This document shows, one piece after another, positions 33,635-48,187 of a DNA stretch of 64,000 nucleotides (position 1 is its first letter; each line of letters opens with the position of its first letter). A program made the translations under genes and the position numbers. Source of the stretch: Tubiluchus corallicola (taxonomy: Eukaryota > Animalia > Priapulida); assembly GCA_030141605.1 (NCBI GenBank), contig JAQGDQ010000038.1:124001-188000 (forward strand), given 5' to 3'. The notes below the pieces were generated by a model that was given only the letters and a program-made list of their open reading frames with translations, did no database searches and was not told where the DNA came from.

Positions 33635-36600
33635 CAACCACCCAGTTTAGTTTAACTTTAATGTACACCATAAGACTCATGAGCGCTACAATACTAATGA
33701 AAGTAGCACTGCTAATTGTGCTGTTATTGGTACTGATGGCAAAAGAAGCCAGGCAATTTGCAAAGTTACTTGTAAACTTTCAGAATGAAATCTGATCCGT
33801 GTCCATGTGTGAAAGACTGAAAGTGCGTTTGACACACGCCTGATGAGTGAGAGTTGGCAAATGGCAAGTCTGAAATGTACATTTTTAGAAGTTAACCATG
33901 TTTCAAAAAAATTATGAACACCAGTGGACATAGAATTTCTGTAGAAAGTAATTAATAAAACACTGAATACAAGACAGTTTTCACATACTATGCATTAATA
34001 TTACTAGATGGTACATTTTTTCATTTAAAACTTGACTACTTCTTGCCCGATGATGAGACTGTCCGAAAAACTTAATAAACTGCTGAATCGAAGAAACTGC
34101 TAGGTCCACAGACAAAATGTACATTATTAGCATACCACACACATAATTATCAAGAAGTAGCTATAAACAGAACCTGGCTGAACAGAACATGTACATTAAA
34201 TGATTCGATGACCCTTGTTCATACACTCAGGTCAGTGACTCACTCACCACCCTCAGATATATCACATTTAGGCTAGATTAGATTAGATAATCTTAATCTA
34301 ATCTTTGCTTAATACGATAATTAGTGTTCAACCATGCTGTGCATTACTGACTTTACATGTTTTTTTTCAGTCGAAAAAACGAGGTTTAAGTGCTGAAGAG
34401 AAACGAACAAGAATGATGGAAATATTCTTCGAAAAGGTTTGATATCACTTAGATGTTACCGCACATTATTATTAATTTAGAATTAGTTTAGTTATTATTG
34501 CATGACCAATAATGATGATGCCAGCAGCACCTAAATTCGGATAAACCTATTCAATTGCCTAGAGTACATTAGGTCTAATTTCACAGCAATGCAAGGCATT
34601 GTTATAAATCCTTCACTAAAAATGCGTTTGTAATGTAAGAAAGACAACATTTGAACAACCCAGTTTATTCTTCATTATTCATCAGACCAAACTCAGATTT
34701 TTCTTATAATTATTATATTATAAGTATTTAATTAGCTTCAAACAGCATTTTTTATATTAAGCATGCATCTAGTAGAATCTGCTACAAGAAATGACCTTTT
34801 GTCCATTTTTACATGAAAACAGGTTATTAGTTTATAAAGTTACACAAGTATTTTTTGCGTTTTTCATCGACCAAAACACCATCAATTAAAAAAATATATG
34901 TGAGGTTATAGAAAAATCAGAGCAGCAATTATGTTAGGCATAGAGAATGGTTTCTACTGTGGTTCTTATGGAGTGAGGTTTTATAAAGTAAAGAACAAAC
35001 GTTTAAATCAACAAATTACCAAAAATGCAATTCTGATCACTGTTTCTGGAAGTCAGGTTGGAAAGTAAAAATGTCTACCATCTTTGGAAACTAGTTCATT
35101 TGTAGCCAATAATATTTCCTTGGGTATTATAACTTAAGCTAAGCCTCTTAAGAATTTATTTAATCTCTTAAGAGGTAAATCTCCTACAAAAGAGATACTG
35201 ATGCCTACTAATGACCTCTTACCTACCACTGATGCTATTGCCTCATTAATTCAACATTTCTATGTTTTATCATTAATTCACCAAAGTTGCTCTAGCTGTC
35301 TGTTAAAACTCATGTATTCTTGTTATGGAGAATTTATAAACCTTGCTCGTTTGCAATATTTAATTTGGCATTATTATTCAACTAATTTATTTAATATGTT
35401 TTCAGAAAGAATTTTTTCAACTAAAAGAACTAGAAAGACTTGGTCCGAAAGTGAAAGGTATAACATCGATGAGTGTCAAAGAAGTGGTGCAAAGTCTTGT
35501 TGATGATGGAATGGTGGACACGGACAAGATAGGCACCTCTATTTATTTCTGGGCACTGCCAAGCAAGGCCGTGAATAACGTAAGAACAATTTTGAATTAA
35601 ATACAGTATACTCGCTGAATGTGCACAAATAATCGATAATTTTATAAACTTATAATATTATTTACTACTTGAATCATAAAATACTATTCGATTTTCCTAT
35701 ATACAGCCTGTACGTGTACTGAATAAACACATGCTGAATGCCACTTGCTCATTTAGGAAAACAAACACCTTGGCATTGGGCCAGTATCATTGTTCCAATA
35801 GAAACAATCTGCTGTTTTTGCCTATTTATGGCAGAAAAATCATTTCATTGTCTGCTCTGTGATTGAAAGTCAGGAAGTTTGGTACTCTTTACATACCTAT
35901 TCATCGTTGTGGCATCAAAGAGCTGTGAACATTTTGAATAAATTAATTCAAACAATGTAGAATGTTCATTGTGCAAAAACAAATTAGTTTTCAAAAATCA
36001 ACAACTCCGTGTAAATCATTTATGGTATACAACTGATTTTCAAGTTCATACTGCAGTAATTTAGTGTTATTGTGTCAAATTGTGTGCATTAATTCTTATA
36101 AAAGAATAAACAAATCTATTACTATGTGGACCTGATTTTGATAATAAATCATTACTCGTGAAATGCAGATGTTCCTATCAAAATCTAGACATATTTAAAC
36201 AGCTGTTATTTCTTTCTTCTTCCTTTTGTTTGAACGTTGGTACTGTTTTAGATATTTGTAGCTATTGGTTTTGTTAAGTATTTTTAACTGAGTAAGCACG
36301 CTACCCGAGTTGTTACAGCACTGAGATCTAGAGTCTCTGGGTTCAATTTGTACTCATGTTATGTTTTTGAAAAATTTTGCTACTTGAACAAGGTTTTCTG
36401 GCTGCCTTCCCAGTTGCTGTACTGTACTTTTTAATCTAATTGCTAATTTCATTTTTGTATTAAACCTGTGCCTGCCTCGTATCCACAACTGTTAAGCATT
36501 TGGGCATTTAATACAGTACAGAAATACTGCTAACACTTAAGACAGCTGCTCGATGCTACTAATGATGAGATCCCTTTCACATGATTGATTATAAATTTAA

Positions 36601-38704
36601 TAAGATACGTGACGATCGAAAAATTATCTGTAGTAACATGGAGTGGCGATGTATTATTTCTGATTTTTTTATAGTACAATGGCTTATTGACGCTGTAATC
36701 ACTCACTTTACTAATTTTTGTATTTACTGTGAAATTGATATTTGTAATATGTATGACTACAAATTACTTGTAGTTTGCAAGATGACAATAATAGATAAGT
36801 CATTATAATTAATACAAGATATTTACAGTACTTACTAGTTTCTTTGTGTTAAACTGTAGCAAATTTGGATAGCTGTTACACAGTATGACATCAAATAATA
36901 GTAAAATTATTGGCCGACGAAATACAATGGTCTTCAATCTGATAAAAATGTTCAAAACTTTTGCTGAAATTAACCTCATTTAGCACTGAAAAGGACAGTT
37001 AAGCAGCTTAGGCTATATAATTTTTAACGTGTTTTAACATTTTTTATATGTGTGATCAATATCATTTTACATTGTTATCTGTAGTATTCTACATCGCCAA
37101 AAATTCAAGATGATTATGACGTTTCCCTTTCTCGACTGTGTAGGTTTCTGGGTACTGGTGAACTAACACGAAAGTAATGCACAGTGCTTTTCTTGCAAAC
37201 AATCGTGGCTTTGAAGTCTTGTGCCCCTAAATGCAGTATAATTCAGTTTCACATCATCGTTCATTGACAATAATCATTCATGACAAACATTTTGAGTAAC
37301 TAAAGTTTTATACTAGAAAAAGAAGAAGATCGAAGATCTGGCTCGCAAACTGGCAGAATCTGAACGAAAACAGGAAGCAAATGAACAACATTTAAAGAAA
37401 GTACACATAGGTCGCGAAGATAGTGTGAGTGTATTTACAATTTAATACATTTGTATTTCAAAGGATACTTTTCTCTAACTAGGAAATAAAGTTCAGTACG
37501 ACAACTTTTTACTGGGACACTAGAATAAAAAATAGTGGATCTATGGTAATTAAAATTCATTGGTATTCTTCAAGCTTTAATTCTTTAAAATTCTCTAAAA
37601 ATATTAAAGTTAGCAAATTCAATCAAGCAAAATATTTAAGAAAATTAGCAATATGTTGTTATGTACACGACAAATTTAATTATTAGCATCATTTTGCAGG
37701 CTCAACGTAGTGATGTTTTAAAAACACTTAAACAGACGGAAGTTGAGAAAAAGAAATTGTTGGCTGAGCTGGAAGTCTACAAAGAATGTGACCCACAAGT
37801 ACTGAAAGAAATGGAGTTGCAGACAAAAGTAGCACATGAAGCTGCTAATCGATGGACAGGTCATTATACTGCACTGTGTTTCTAATTTAAATCACGAAAA
37901 ATGATCAAGCCTTGCTAAATATCTCTACTTTGCATAATTGACATTTGAGCAACTAATGATGATAACTGCATTGTGGTGTAGTGAAATGTTAAGTGGCATT
38001 AAGACTTTAGACAAATTTAAGCTCCAGTTTTGATATGCTATTTAAAAAAAATCAGAGACCATCTTAAAGTAGTTTTTTTAACAACTTTTACATTTTTCAG
38101 GTTTTACCCGTAAATGTCAACACTAAAAATTTTACTTGTGACGTTCATTTTCCTAAAAAGTATTACAGTTGTTCTATTAGGAACATCTTTAAATACCCTT
38201 CAATTTATGTTTAGCAGTAATAGTGCATAAATACGAACGACTCACATGCTACATATTTGATTTACTTAAACCAAGCACTACTGATTTTCCAGTCAACATT
38301 TATCAATTCCAGTCGACAGGATCGATTTCCATACATTTTGTATGGGCACTAACATTTCAACTGATAATGATTCACTTAGCACAATGTTTTATTTGAACAC
38401 ATGATAGTTAGAAGGAGCGACTTAGTAGAAATATACAAAATGTGCAGTATTTTGTCCCACAGCATTTTCATTTACATAAGGACTTGCTTCTGCCGGTGGT
38501 GCCTTTAAATACTGCTTAGTTTAAAAAAATTAGTTGATTGATTTTTTGGCACATAATTTTCACATGCCATTTACTGACTGTTGTTAATTGCTTGCAGATA
38601 ACATATTTTCAGTAAAAACTTGGGCTAAAAGAAAGTTTGGATTCGACGAGCAGATGATTGACAAAAACTTTGAAATTCCCGAAGATTTGGATTACTTGGA
38701 ATGA
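32781..38704 (+). CDS. MND1: Meiotic nuclear division protein 1, 205 aa
   Basis: ATG-only first exon (cagccATG|gtagcg at 32781 or caacATG|gtatgc at 33056; unresolved). Then 34371-34436 ([19 protein letters not shown]), 35406-35579 ([37 protein letters not shown]), 37317-37424, 37700-37859 (YKECDP..AANRWT) and 38598-38704 ([20 protein letters not shown]). AATAAA at 38831. Confidence 0.95.
33572..33628. repeat. (TA)n microsatellite
   Basis: Seen directly, with one interruption. Confidence 0.97.
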
Positions 38705-39284
38705 ATGAGGGACTTGAACGAACACAAAAAAGCTACTCATGTAAATATTTATTATTATATATTTTTTATTTAGTGGATTGTAAAATATAACTTTCCAAAC
38801 ACATGCATATATTGAAAGCCAAATTTTGTGAATAAATCCTGTTCTTTATAAATCAGAACCTGTATAGTTGTACATTGGCAATTTTTCCTCCGTGCATTGA
38901 ATTAGTGATAGTCATCTTGTATGTGATCATATCTATTTCATCTGGTGTACCTTCTATTTTGAACAAGCATAATATTAGCTACTTTATTATCTTACATAAA
39001 AACTATGATACATACATGTAGGCAGAAGTCTACCATCAGTCACAAATAGCTGTTAAATCCTTCAAAACAAATCTAAACTTATTTATTGGTTGATAAAAAT
39101 ACTAGAAAATGGAAATGAGTATATGATAGTCAAAGAGTTGACGACCAAACTTTTCAGACTGATAGTACCAGACGATAAGACGATAGATATTTTGATGCAA
39201 TAGTTGGCGACCTTGAATGTATCACAATCAAAGATCAATTATAACTCAAAAGCTGTAGGTTGGACAACAAAACTGGTAACTTAT

Positions 39285-40359
39285 CGGTGGCGTGCAATCC
39301 ATGCATGCAACGCATGCACTGCATGCCTTCTAAATCCCAAAAAATGATTACGATGTAAAAAGTACTTGTAAATATTCCTAATAATTAACTATTATTGCTA
39401 ATTTTTATTAACATTTTACGCTCGTATTGTATTATAACGTCGGTAGGCTATAGGTTTTGCGAAACCATTACACTATGCAAGTGACAGAGCTGTATGCATT
39501 GACAGTTTTTTCCAACGTGAAGCACACTCATTACAATTTACACAGGACGCTTGAAGGCGTGGCTTAATCAAAATATGTCCAATCACAATTAGCCTCATCA
39601 TGGTTTGTATCCCGGGTTTATCCGCCAGAGAAATATCGGCATTCATTCAACTTGGGTTTTCGCTGCCCAGCTACACGTGAATGTCTACGTGCATCACGTG
39701 GCTAGTTTGAGCCATTGTTTAATACGTATTGTAGTCGGTCTAGTTCTGTACAACTGTTGCAGAGTGCTAGTCTACTAGATCATAATTGACATGGTGTTCA
39801 CCTGTTTTGTAAATTACTGTAGTGCTTAAACTTTTCATTGTGCGAATTTCGGTTTTCAGGGCATCAGTATTTTTATTGCTTTAGTATAGTTATCCTGATC
39901 ATAGGACTTTAGTGTAGTGTTAACGCAGTAGTTGGATTTCAGTATGCTAGAAGTGCATGTGTGGTAAGCATTTCTTTTCATCTTTTCTAAATTGAAATAT
40001 TTTTAATTAGCTAGGATATAAGGATTGGCTGTAAAACAATGTACGGCTTTGGTACAAGCAATAGACTGCATCATTGAAGTTGAATTACACTACCTAATTG
40101 TAGCCTAGATCTGCATCAGTTACAATAAATACCAGACATTACAATTCTCCTGATTTGGAATTTTTAATTGAGATTTTAGTGATAACCTTCCCTTCTGATT
40201 TGCCTCCAAATTGCTACCTCAACCTAAACATAACATAAAATGTGACCGCTAGAAGTTCCCTTCCCTTTGCAGGAAATAAAATCGCCCATCGACGGTCCCA
40301 GAAGTGAAAAAAATTATCTGGGGAGAGCAGCAGCTAGCACGGGGTGTGGTGCGCCACTG
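39285..40359. mobile_element. Probable non-autonomous hAT-like element in the MND1-AIFM3 intergenic region
   Basis: Ends CGGTGGCGTGC... and ...GTGCGCCACTG (CAGTGGCG-type TIRs) with a CpG-richer interior. The 8-bp TSD is not conserved. Confidence 0.45.
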
Positions 40360-42099
40360 CACTTAATTAACTGCCTTAATGCAACGTGGCAGGTTAAAAC
40401 AGTATTCTGTGATTCACGCTAGGATTTCGATTTATGAAGCCACTAAATTTAGCAAATTTCACCCAGTTTATGACGACAAGTTACTTGGCAATAGAGCAAG
40501 CCCCTGTCGAACTGCCAAAAGACAATTGAGTTTTAATACATTTATACCCAACCACATTTTAGATACGCTACGAATCATGAGTAAAATTCTGATAGAAAGG
40601 TTTACAGCAGTGTTTTTTCTCGGGTAACTTATTTACTCATTAGAACAAAAAGCCATAAAGGTTTTTCTAAATTTTCTTTGGTTGGTTGTATTACTTTGCA
40701 TTTCAACATTACCAATCAGGCAATTTTGTATGGTATTCGGGCTTTCTGTGACTATAAGCCAGTGAATTTATAAGAACAAATTGTGTGCAGAATTTAAAAT
40801 CGTCAACGAGACAATTTATCAACAAGTGAATAGTTTTATATTTATAAACATTTTTCTAAGTGGATAGTGAATAAAAATAAAGTATTTACTTTAATGCTAT
40901 GGCTACATGAAATGAATTTAATTAAATGGGCTAAATATAGTTATTGGCTCTGTTCTGACTGTATTCCTGGATGTTTTCTCTCACTGTGTGTAGGCCACTT
41001 TCAATATATAAGTGAACTTAGTTTAGAGATCGCTTACCTATCTCAAATGTAAAGAAACTATTGTTATTATTTTGCTGTAATTATCAAGTGCTGCAGAAAT
41101 GTCATTCATTTGAATGAATGAGCTGCACCAGGATATCATGTAAGGTTGACCAAGTATTCAGCTGCTATTGGCCAACAGTTATTTAATTCTGTTTATTTCT
41201 AGTCTTCTGTTTATAACAAAATAATACTACATCAATAATGTATTATCTGTATCCGAAATTGTTGTTTTGGTAAATATGTGATGTTCAAGTAAGTTAAAAC
41301 TTGGTTGTACAATACTTTCTCAAGTATTCTAGGTAAGCCCAGGAAAACAGAAATGGATGGAGGCCTACAATTTGTTGGTTCATCCATAGGGCTGCTGAAT
41401 TTCAAATAGCTAGAATGTATTCTTTACGTTAGCTACAAAAGTTATAGATAAATTTGCCCAAAAATTTACTTATTACAAGTACATTTATCACGTTTGTGTA
41501 CCAGAATTTAGACCTCATTTGAAGCCTCCAAAGCCCTTCAATACAGCAAAATGTGTTACTGCAAGTTCGGTAACGAATTTCATACATAACTGATAGCACC
41601 AGATGGGGAACAGATTTCAGTGGGCAGTTGGACAGCAATAACCTACTGCTTATGTAGTAAATGAGAGAAAACTGGGACTCTGGCTAGAAGTATCATTGGA
41701 GCTTCTCCATCAATTTGATTTCATTTCATTAATGAAGAGGGGCATATTTATTTTGATCATTGCCTGTCACAGATGCAGTTTGTGTTAAACATGTGTAACC
41801 AAAAATATCATTTATTAATAGAACGAATATTTTAATTACACTTTGAGAGATTTGCATGTTGATGTAAGAAATTATTTAGGAACATTTAGGAACAATTTAA
41901 ATAAATATGCAGCAAGATTTAACAAACTTTGTAGTATGGTACAAACAATGCAACAATGTTTTTCTGTGCAATTACATTTCTAAATGCATTTTATTTATAA
42001 AGTTTTATCTAAATTCTATTATAAAAGTAGACCTATTAATTACAAAATGCAAATAAGAGAAAAATTCCCAATGAGATTAACATTGGTAAGGTGGCACCA

Positions 42100-45000
42100 C
42101 TATTTATTCACTTGAGTAAGCTTGTCCAACCAGCCATCATGTTTTTCACTGATAACCTCTGATTTGTTGATCACATGCCCTTGATTCATCACTTCTGCAG
42201 CTTGTGCAGCAATGGGATCATATCCCATACTAGCCAAAGCCACAACTTTGTCACCTCTGCAAACATTTAGAGTTGATTATATTGACAGGAGTCTGTTACG
42301 AGCATAATTTTTTCTGTATTATAACTAACAAACATACTTAGTGGCAGCTATTGTCCGCTAGCCCAAGTGAGTTATATTGTTGAACAAACACCGTAGTAAA
42401 GCCATTTATTTCAGTAGTTAAAATTCAAAACACAAGTAGTCCTGTCATGTTAGGCTAAAACCTACAAAACTGAGGCTTGGGAAAACAGAAAAATCAATGT
42501 ACAGTATAAATTTAATGAGTGTTGTTATGAAATCCTAAATGCAGAACTGTCACGAAATGTTAATCTTTTGAAGGAATAAGAACTGTTCAATTAACTTACT
42601 TAGTGTAATATGCAACAAAGATGCAGTTGTCCGGGTCACCATGGATGATAACATCATCAAAACCTTCACCATAACCTATAACAGTATTCAAAGTCAGAAA
42701 ATGTTTTTCAGTTTTACCAATTTGGAAATTTTGACAAAGAATCAAAATTGAATCTGTTTGTATTGGTATGAAGAACATACCTGTATATCGTATGTTCTTC
42801 CCATGCATTGAGGTCCAAAAGAACGGCACACTGTCAATTTCTGACTTTTTACCCAGCATGTTCTTAGCAGCAATATTACCTATAAATAATACAGTAAACA
42901 GAGTTATGCTAATTATTAAAATATTTTATTCTGATCTAATTCAAGGGGTTATGTGCTAATGTTTCTTGTTTTAAAAGTAGGTCCTCTTATCTTTAATAAA
43001 GTTCACTGTTATATTTTATAGTACAGCAAGTCCTTAACAATGCCAATGCATTTTAGCAGAATGAAATGTCAAGCACTTAAAGTTCTACCTTCTATGGGGA
43101 ATAAACATGGAGACGTGTTCCAGTGACAAAAATCAATCATCATTAACTCATATAAATCAAAATCTAAGTGACGATTTACTGTATTTAATTAGATTATGTT
43201 ATTCTTTTGCAAATAAACAACCAGTTAAAACACTCACCATGTTTTGTTGCCATTTGCCAATGTTGAATATTAGTTGGATTGTCATTATTGATCATCAGTG
43301 GGAAAACAACAATGTCACCACCACTGTAAACATCATCTATACTTGTCTTCATACACTAAGTGAACACAAAAGCCGTTGTATATAATTTGCTCACATATAC
43401 TTTGAGTTTCTTTATTTAAGTGAATAAAATTGTAGGCAACTTTGATGAGCGCCTTTTTGAAATCATTATCTATTAATCCATGAGCATGATAATGATATCA
43501 TAATTCTTACATGACAAAAATTGTCATAAATTAGTGCAATTTACCTTATCCACCACAATATGGCCCCTGTCTGTCATTTCTAAACCCGAGTTTTTGAGGA
43601 AATCAGTTGCTGGCTGAACTCCTACACCTATTACGCAAAGATCAGCATCTAACTCAGTGCCATTGGTAAGACTAACTTTTGTGAGTCGTCCATTTTCACC
43701 AGTGAACTTCTGAATGCCTGTGCCAGTGTGGAATTTTATACCTTTCTCTTCGCTAAGCTAAAATCACAAAATAATGTAAGGAATGTGGATGGTTTATAAG
43801 CTGTATGCTATAGCATTAAACTAATTGCTAAAATACATTTATGTAACTTAGTTACCCAACAGTTAATAAGAGAAATCCTTACAATGTCTAATCAATAGGG
43901 AAGGTTCTTTTATTCTAAGGCAAGGTTTATAATAGTAAGATGAAATTGCTACTTTTGCTACGATAATGTTACCTTACAGATTTTCTATGGTGTTGGTGGT
44001 GCCACTCAGGGTCATTGCTGTTTTAGAAAGTTAAGACTATCGCCTTGACAATAGTGAACTAATACTAACAATCCTAAAATATTTCGACGTTGCGCTAATA
44101 AAGCTATTTAAATAAACAGCAAAAATACCTTTTTTATAAGTTTCCCTATACGACCACCAAAAACATTCTGAAATGGAAGTGCACTGCGTCCTATGACACT
44201 TACTGAGCTAGCTTTTGATGCTAAAAATGCAGCAACCTCCATGCCTGAAACGTTACAAAAAAATGATACTATGGTATGCAACGAGAACGCTCTGCGTGAA
44301 AACTGTCAAATATATTCTTTAATAGTCATTTAAGAGCCACCCTTCTCATTCATAAGTGGAGGACTAAACTAAACTTAACAATGATGCAGCTTAAACAACA
44401 ACTATACACACGTACGTAGTATAATAATGGCCAATATTAAGTACAGTCACTGAAATAAATAATAGTAAAATCAATGTAGTACTGGTGCTACATACCAATA
44501 AATGACGTGCCAACAATAACAACTCGCTTTCCAGCTGTTTGTTGACAAATGAAATTGCCATCTTCAGGTGTTCGCAGGTAGCAGACATTTGAGATATCGT
44601 GTCCAGGATTAGACACAATTCTTGGCCTAAACAAACAAAAAAATGTTGTCTTTTCTAACGAAGCAAGTAAAAGCAATCACGCTGTACTTGTGTATGTACC
44701 ACAAATTACAGAATAACATGTATAGTAATAGAATGCTTCAAATATAGTGACAGTAGAGGCAGAAAACTAAAGAGGGTTATAGGCCTTTTCAAAGCAAGGC
44801 AGCAGGTTATACATGACAAGGGGTTGTAAAATAAAAAAGCAAAGTAAAATGTGCATCAGAAGATATTGAATCAGCTCACTGAACAAGTGAAAATAATGTT
44901 TTTGTTGAGAATGTAGTCTATTTATGAGTCAGTTGTCATCCGAAGGTATATTGGTGATTCGGTTAAGCAGCTGTTCCTCCTGATTTATTCTGTTCTGTGC

Positions 45001-46530
45001 ATAGTGCAATGGTTGAAAAGAAAATCACGTGCTTATGTCTGGTCAATGTGGTTCCTGGTTGTTGCTGCTACTTACATTCCACCAGTGGCGATGAATAGCT
45101 TATCATAATTCTGTTTGCGACCATCTTTAAAACAAATACTTTTCTTGGAAAAGTCAACTGATGTTGCCTCTGCGGAGAACTGTAGCTCTATATCATAATC
45201 TTTGAAAAATTTTGCATCACGCAATGCCAACTTTTCTGCAGTCATATCCAAACTCTGCCCAAAGAACATAAGCAATTATTACTCTCAGGGAAAAATTATA
45301 AATCTTCATGTTGGTTGTTATACAAAATCCTACTGGAAGTGGAAATCATACAAAAGTTTTCGAAGAATAAATGATATTTGATTTTGTTGTGCCTTAAAAA
45401 GGTTTTGGGCTGTTTTTTAAACAATAATTCAACAAACATGTCATTCATGTTTTTCTAAATTTGAAAGTACATTAATCACCTTGCTGAGTTTTGGCTTATC
45501 ATACGGGAGGAGTTTTTCCTTAGTAGCTATTATAATACGACCTTGAAAACCTTCTTGGCGCAATGTTTCACTGCATTCAGTCGATGCTGGACCACTGCCA
45601 ATTATTAAGAAAGTTCGTGAATCACTGCTTGTTTTCTTTGACATCTGCTTTACTCGTTTAGTCTTTGTTACAGCTTCTGACGTTGCCTTAACTACAACAT
45701 CACCATCACGTAGTTCAACTTGATAGACTGGTATTGAATCCAACCCAGGAAAGTCTTCAATATCTCCAGTTTTTATATTGAAACAAGCTCCATGCCAAGG
45801 ACATCGTATTCTATTTGTGCACAGTGCACCTAAAATATTAACAACATTATCAGCTTGAACTTGACAATAATTTTTCAGTTTGCTTATTCATCCCATTGCT
45901 TTATGAAAAAAAATTATCCATTTTATATGACTGACCTTTTGCAAGTGGAGCACCATAGTGTGTGCATTTTGTACCAATTGCACTGTACTCTCCGTTCTGC
46001 CGAACTAACAAAATTTTTCCTTCTCCCACCTCAACTTCTTTCATTCTGTAATGTGTTTTAGAGTGAATTAATAAAAACAACGGTTCTGCACATAGTTAAC
46101 ATATTTTCCCCACACCGAAAGGTATCAAAAATAGTGACATTTCTAAGTGAACAGCCTTTTACTATACACAGTATTGCTGATCCTGTTAATTAGTCACACA
46201 AATAGGTGTGCATCACCATCATCATCGTCATCACCCCTTATCTCCTGGGCTTCATGGATTCGACAAAATTGGCAGTTTGTATCAAAAAAATGCATATCAA
46301 TAGAAAGGTCGAGCAAAGCCATTATTTTTTTAGCTTTTAAACTAATGCCATATTGCATATATTGCTAATTGTATCGTTATATTTAATAGAGACGTAATAA
46401 GGTTTTTCTTACTCTCCATCTTTCAGATCATCTTTCTTGCAAACAGTAACTTCCATAATATTTTCAGAAGCTGGCTTATCAATCTTTAAGCTACTCTCTT
46501 GTCCTGTCTCAGCACCAGTTATGGTGACTT
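42100..46530 (-). CDS. AIFM3: Apoptosis-inducing factor 3 (Rieske 2Fe-2S plus FAD/NAD pyridine nucleotide-disulfide oxidoreductase); first coding exon uncertain
   Basis: Exons 46530-46413, 46045-45936 (KCTHYGAPL), 45829-45480 (RCPWHGACFN..GDIEDFPG; IIGSGPA..LRQEGF..PYDKPKLSK), 45254-45076 (YDKLFIATGG), 44626-44496 (VVIVGTSFIG), 44244-44129, 43757-43545, 43355-43238 (GGDIV..IQHWQMA), 42879-42781 (VPFFWT), 42675-42600, 42256-42100. All are phase-consistent. Confidence 0.93.
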
Positions 46531-47988
46531 CTGCACAATAAATAAACAAAACTTCTGTTTAGCAATTTTATGAACATTTATTAAGAGCAATAACGGTACA
46601 ACAATAACTTTTGTTTAAAAGCAACATACTTAGCAAAGAACACTCTTTAACACGTTGACTTCTATATCCACAACAATTTTTTATAATTTTTGTGTCCTGT
46701 ATAGTTAAATTAAGTTGGTTCAACCAACAAAACAGTGATTAGCTGAATTTTGTTGGCTTACTGAGTGTGTTATCTTATGCCCAAATTATGAAAAGCTTTG
46801 TAAATACAGTGTTGTTAATAAAATAGTTAGATTAGCCTGCAATTCACAGCAAAATTTTGTCATGATGTGATTTGGCAGCCTCTATAATTTAACCATAAAT
46901 TAGCTCTGGAACAATTAAAAAACTGCTAATTTAGTTGTTAAAAATTTACTTTCGAAGAAGCTTCATCCACATTTTTTATCAACAGTATTTTGGTCGTACT
47001 ATATTGAAGAAAAGCTGGCTCAAGTCACTGGACCATGTTTTCTAAATAGCTCATGATAAAAAAAACAATTAGGTCAGGGACAGGAGACTTCAGCCTGGTT
47101 CACGATTATTGAAACCACTGATGCGTTGTTCCAGGATTACAGTTATTTAGCGCTCTGGGGACTGTGACCGAGTTATTTCCATGGCACTCATACATATTTT
47201 TATCTGGCTGACCGACCATGCTTTTCCAACATGTAGCCTGATCGCATTTTAGATCCCAGCTACAGTAAATTCCTTAACATGCTTATTATGTAGGCCTTCA
47301 AATTCCTGATTGCAAAGTGCAAATTGAGGAAGTATACCAGGAGAAGAATACTATGGCAAATTACTGTATTATTAAAATTTAATGCGCTAGTTTAGTTTTA
47401 CACATGTCTGTGCTAATACAAGTTTAGTGGCCACACGTTTACATTAATTACATCAGTTATTAATCTGATAAATGCACATAATCTGTACGCATGTAATCAG
47501 CAAAACTAGCCTAAATTAGTGGATTCAACGACGCGGGTTACAATTAACTACGTTTTATTTAATACAATTATTGTGTTGGAAGCTAAATATAACACACAAA
47601 CGTATAAAATATTAAAAAGTACAATACGTACGTTTCTCGTTACTATATACCCGTCGCCAAGCATCATAACATTCCTGGGAATTCCTTAGCAACATTTTTC
47701 CATGCCGTTATGCATATACGGCAAGCAATCAAAGGGCAATTAACAATACACTGCGAAACTCTTTAACCTATAAATAACGATAGTGCCGCAATATCGATTT
47801 GCAATGTTGGTTACCATGGGTAACAGGCCCTGGACGTGCCTTTAACTATTAAGTTTCATGGCATCGAAATGTAGATTTATCTTTTAAAACTTGGTTATTA
47901 ATTAGCTACTGTATTACGAATTTAGTCTCAAATGCCTAATAATACCTTGCGAGTACTTTCAAAGAAGAAATAACAAAGACATATTGAA

Positions 47989-48187
47989 TTAAGTGGCATT
48001 TGCCTACTGGCATCCGGAATGCGTTTTATCCGCCTACGGAATAGGTACGTTTAAAAAATCAATAGGAAATAACTGCAGAAAAAATAACGCATAACGCAGG
48101 TTTGATAAACCAGTACATTGAAAAGAATACAAACCGATTTTATCTATTCCGCATAAGCATTCCGGATACCAGGTAAACGCCACTTAA
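47989..48187. mobile_element. About 200-bp MITE with long imperfect TIRs, TTAA at both ends
   Basis: ttaagtggcatttgcct..ggcatccggaatgc versus gcattccggataccaggtaaacgccacttaa. Confidence 0.75.

Noticed and set aside
33547-33795. ORF with YIYIYI run
   Set aside because: Artefact of the (TA)n microsatellite in an MND1 intron.
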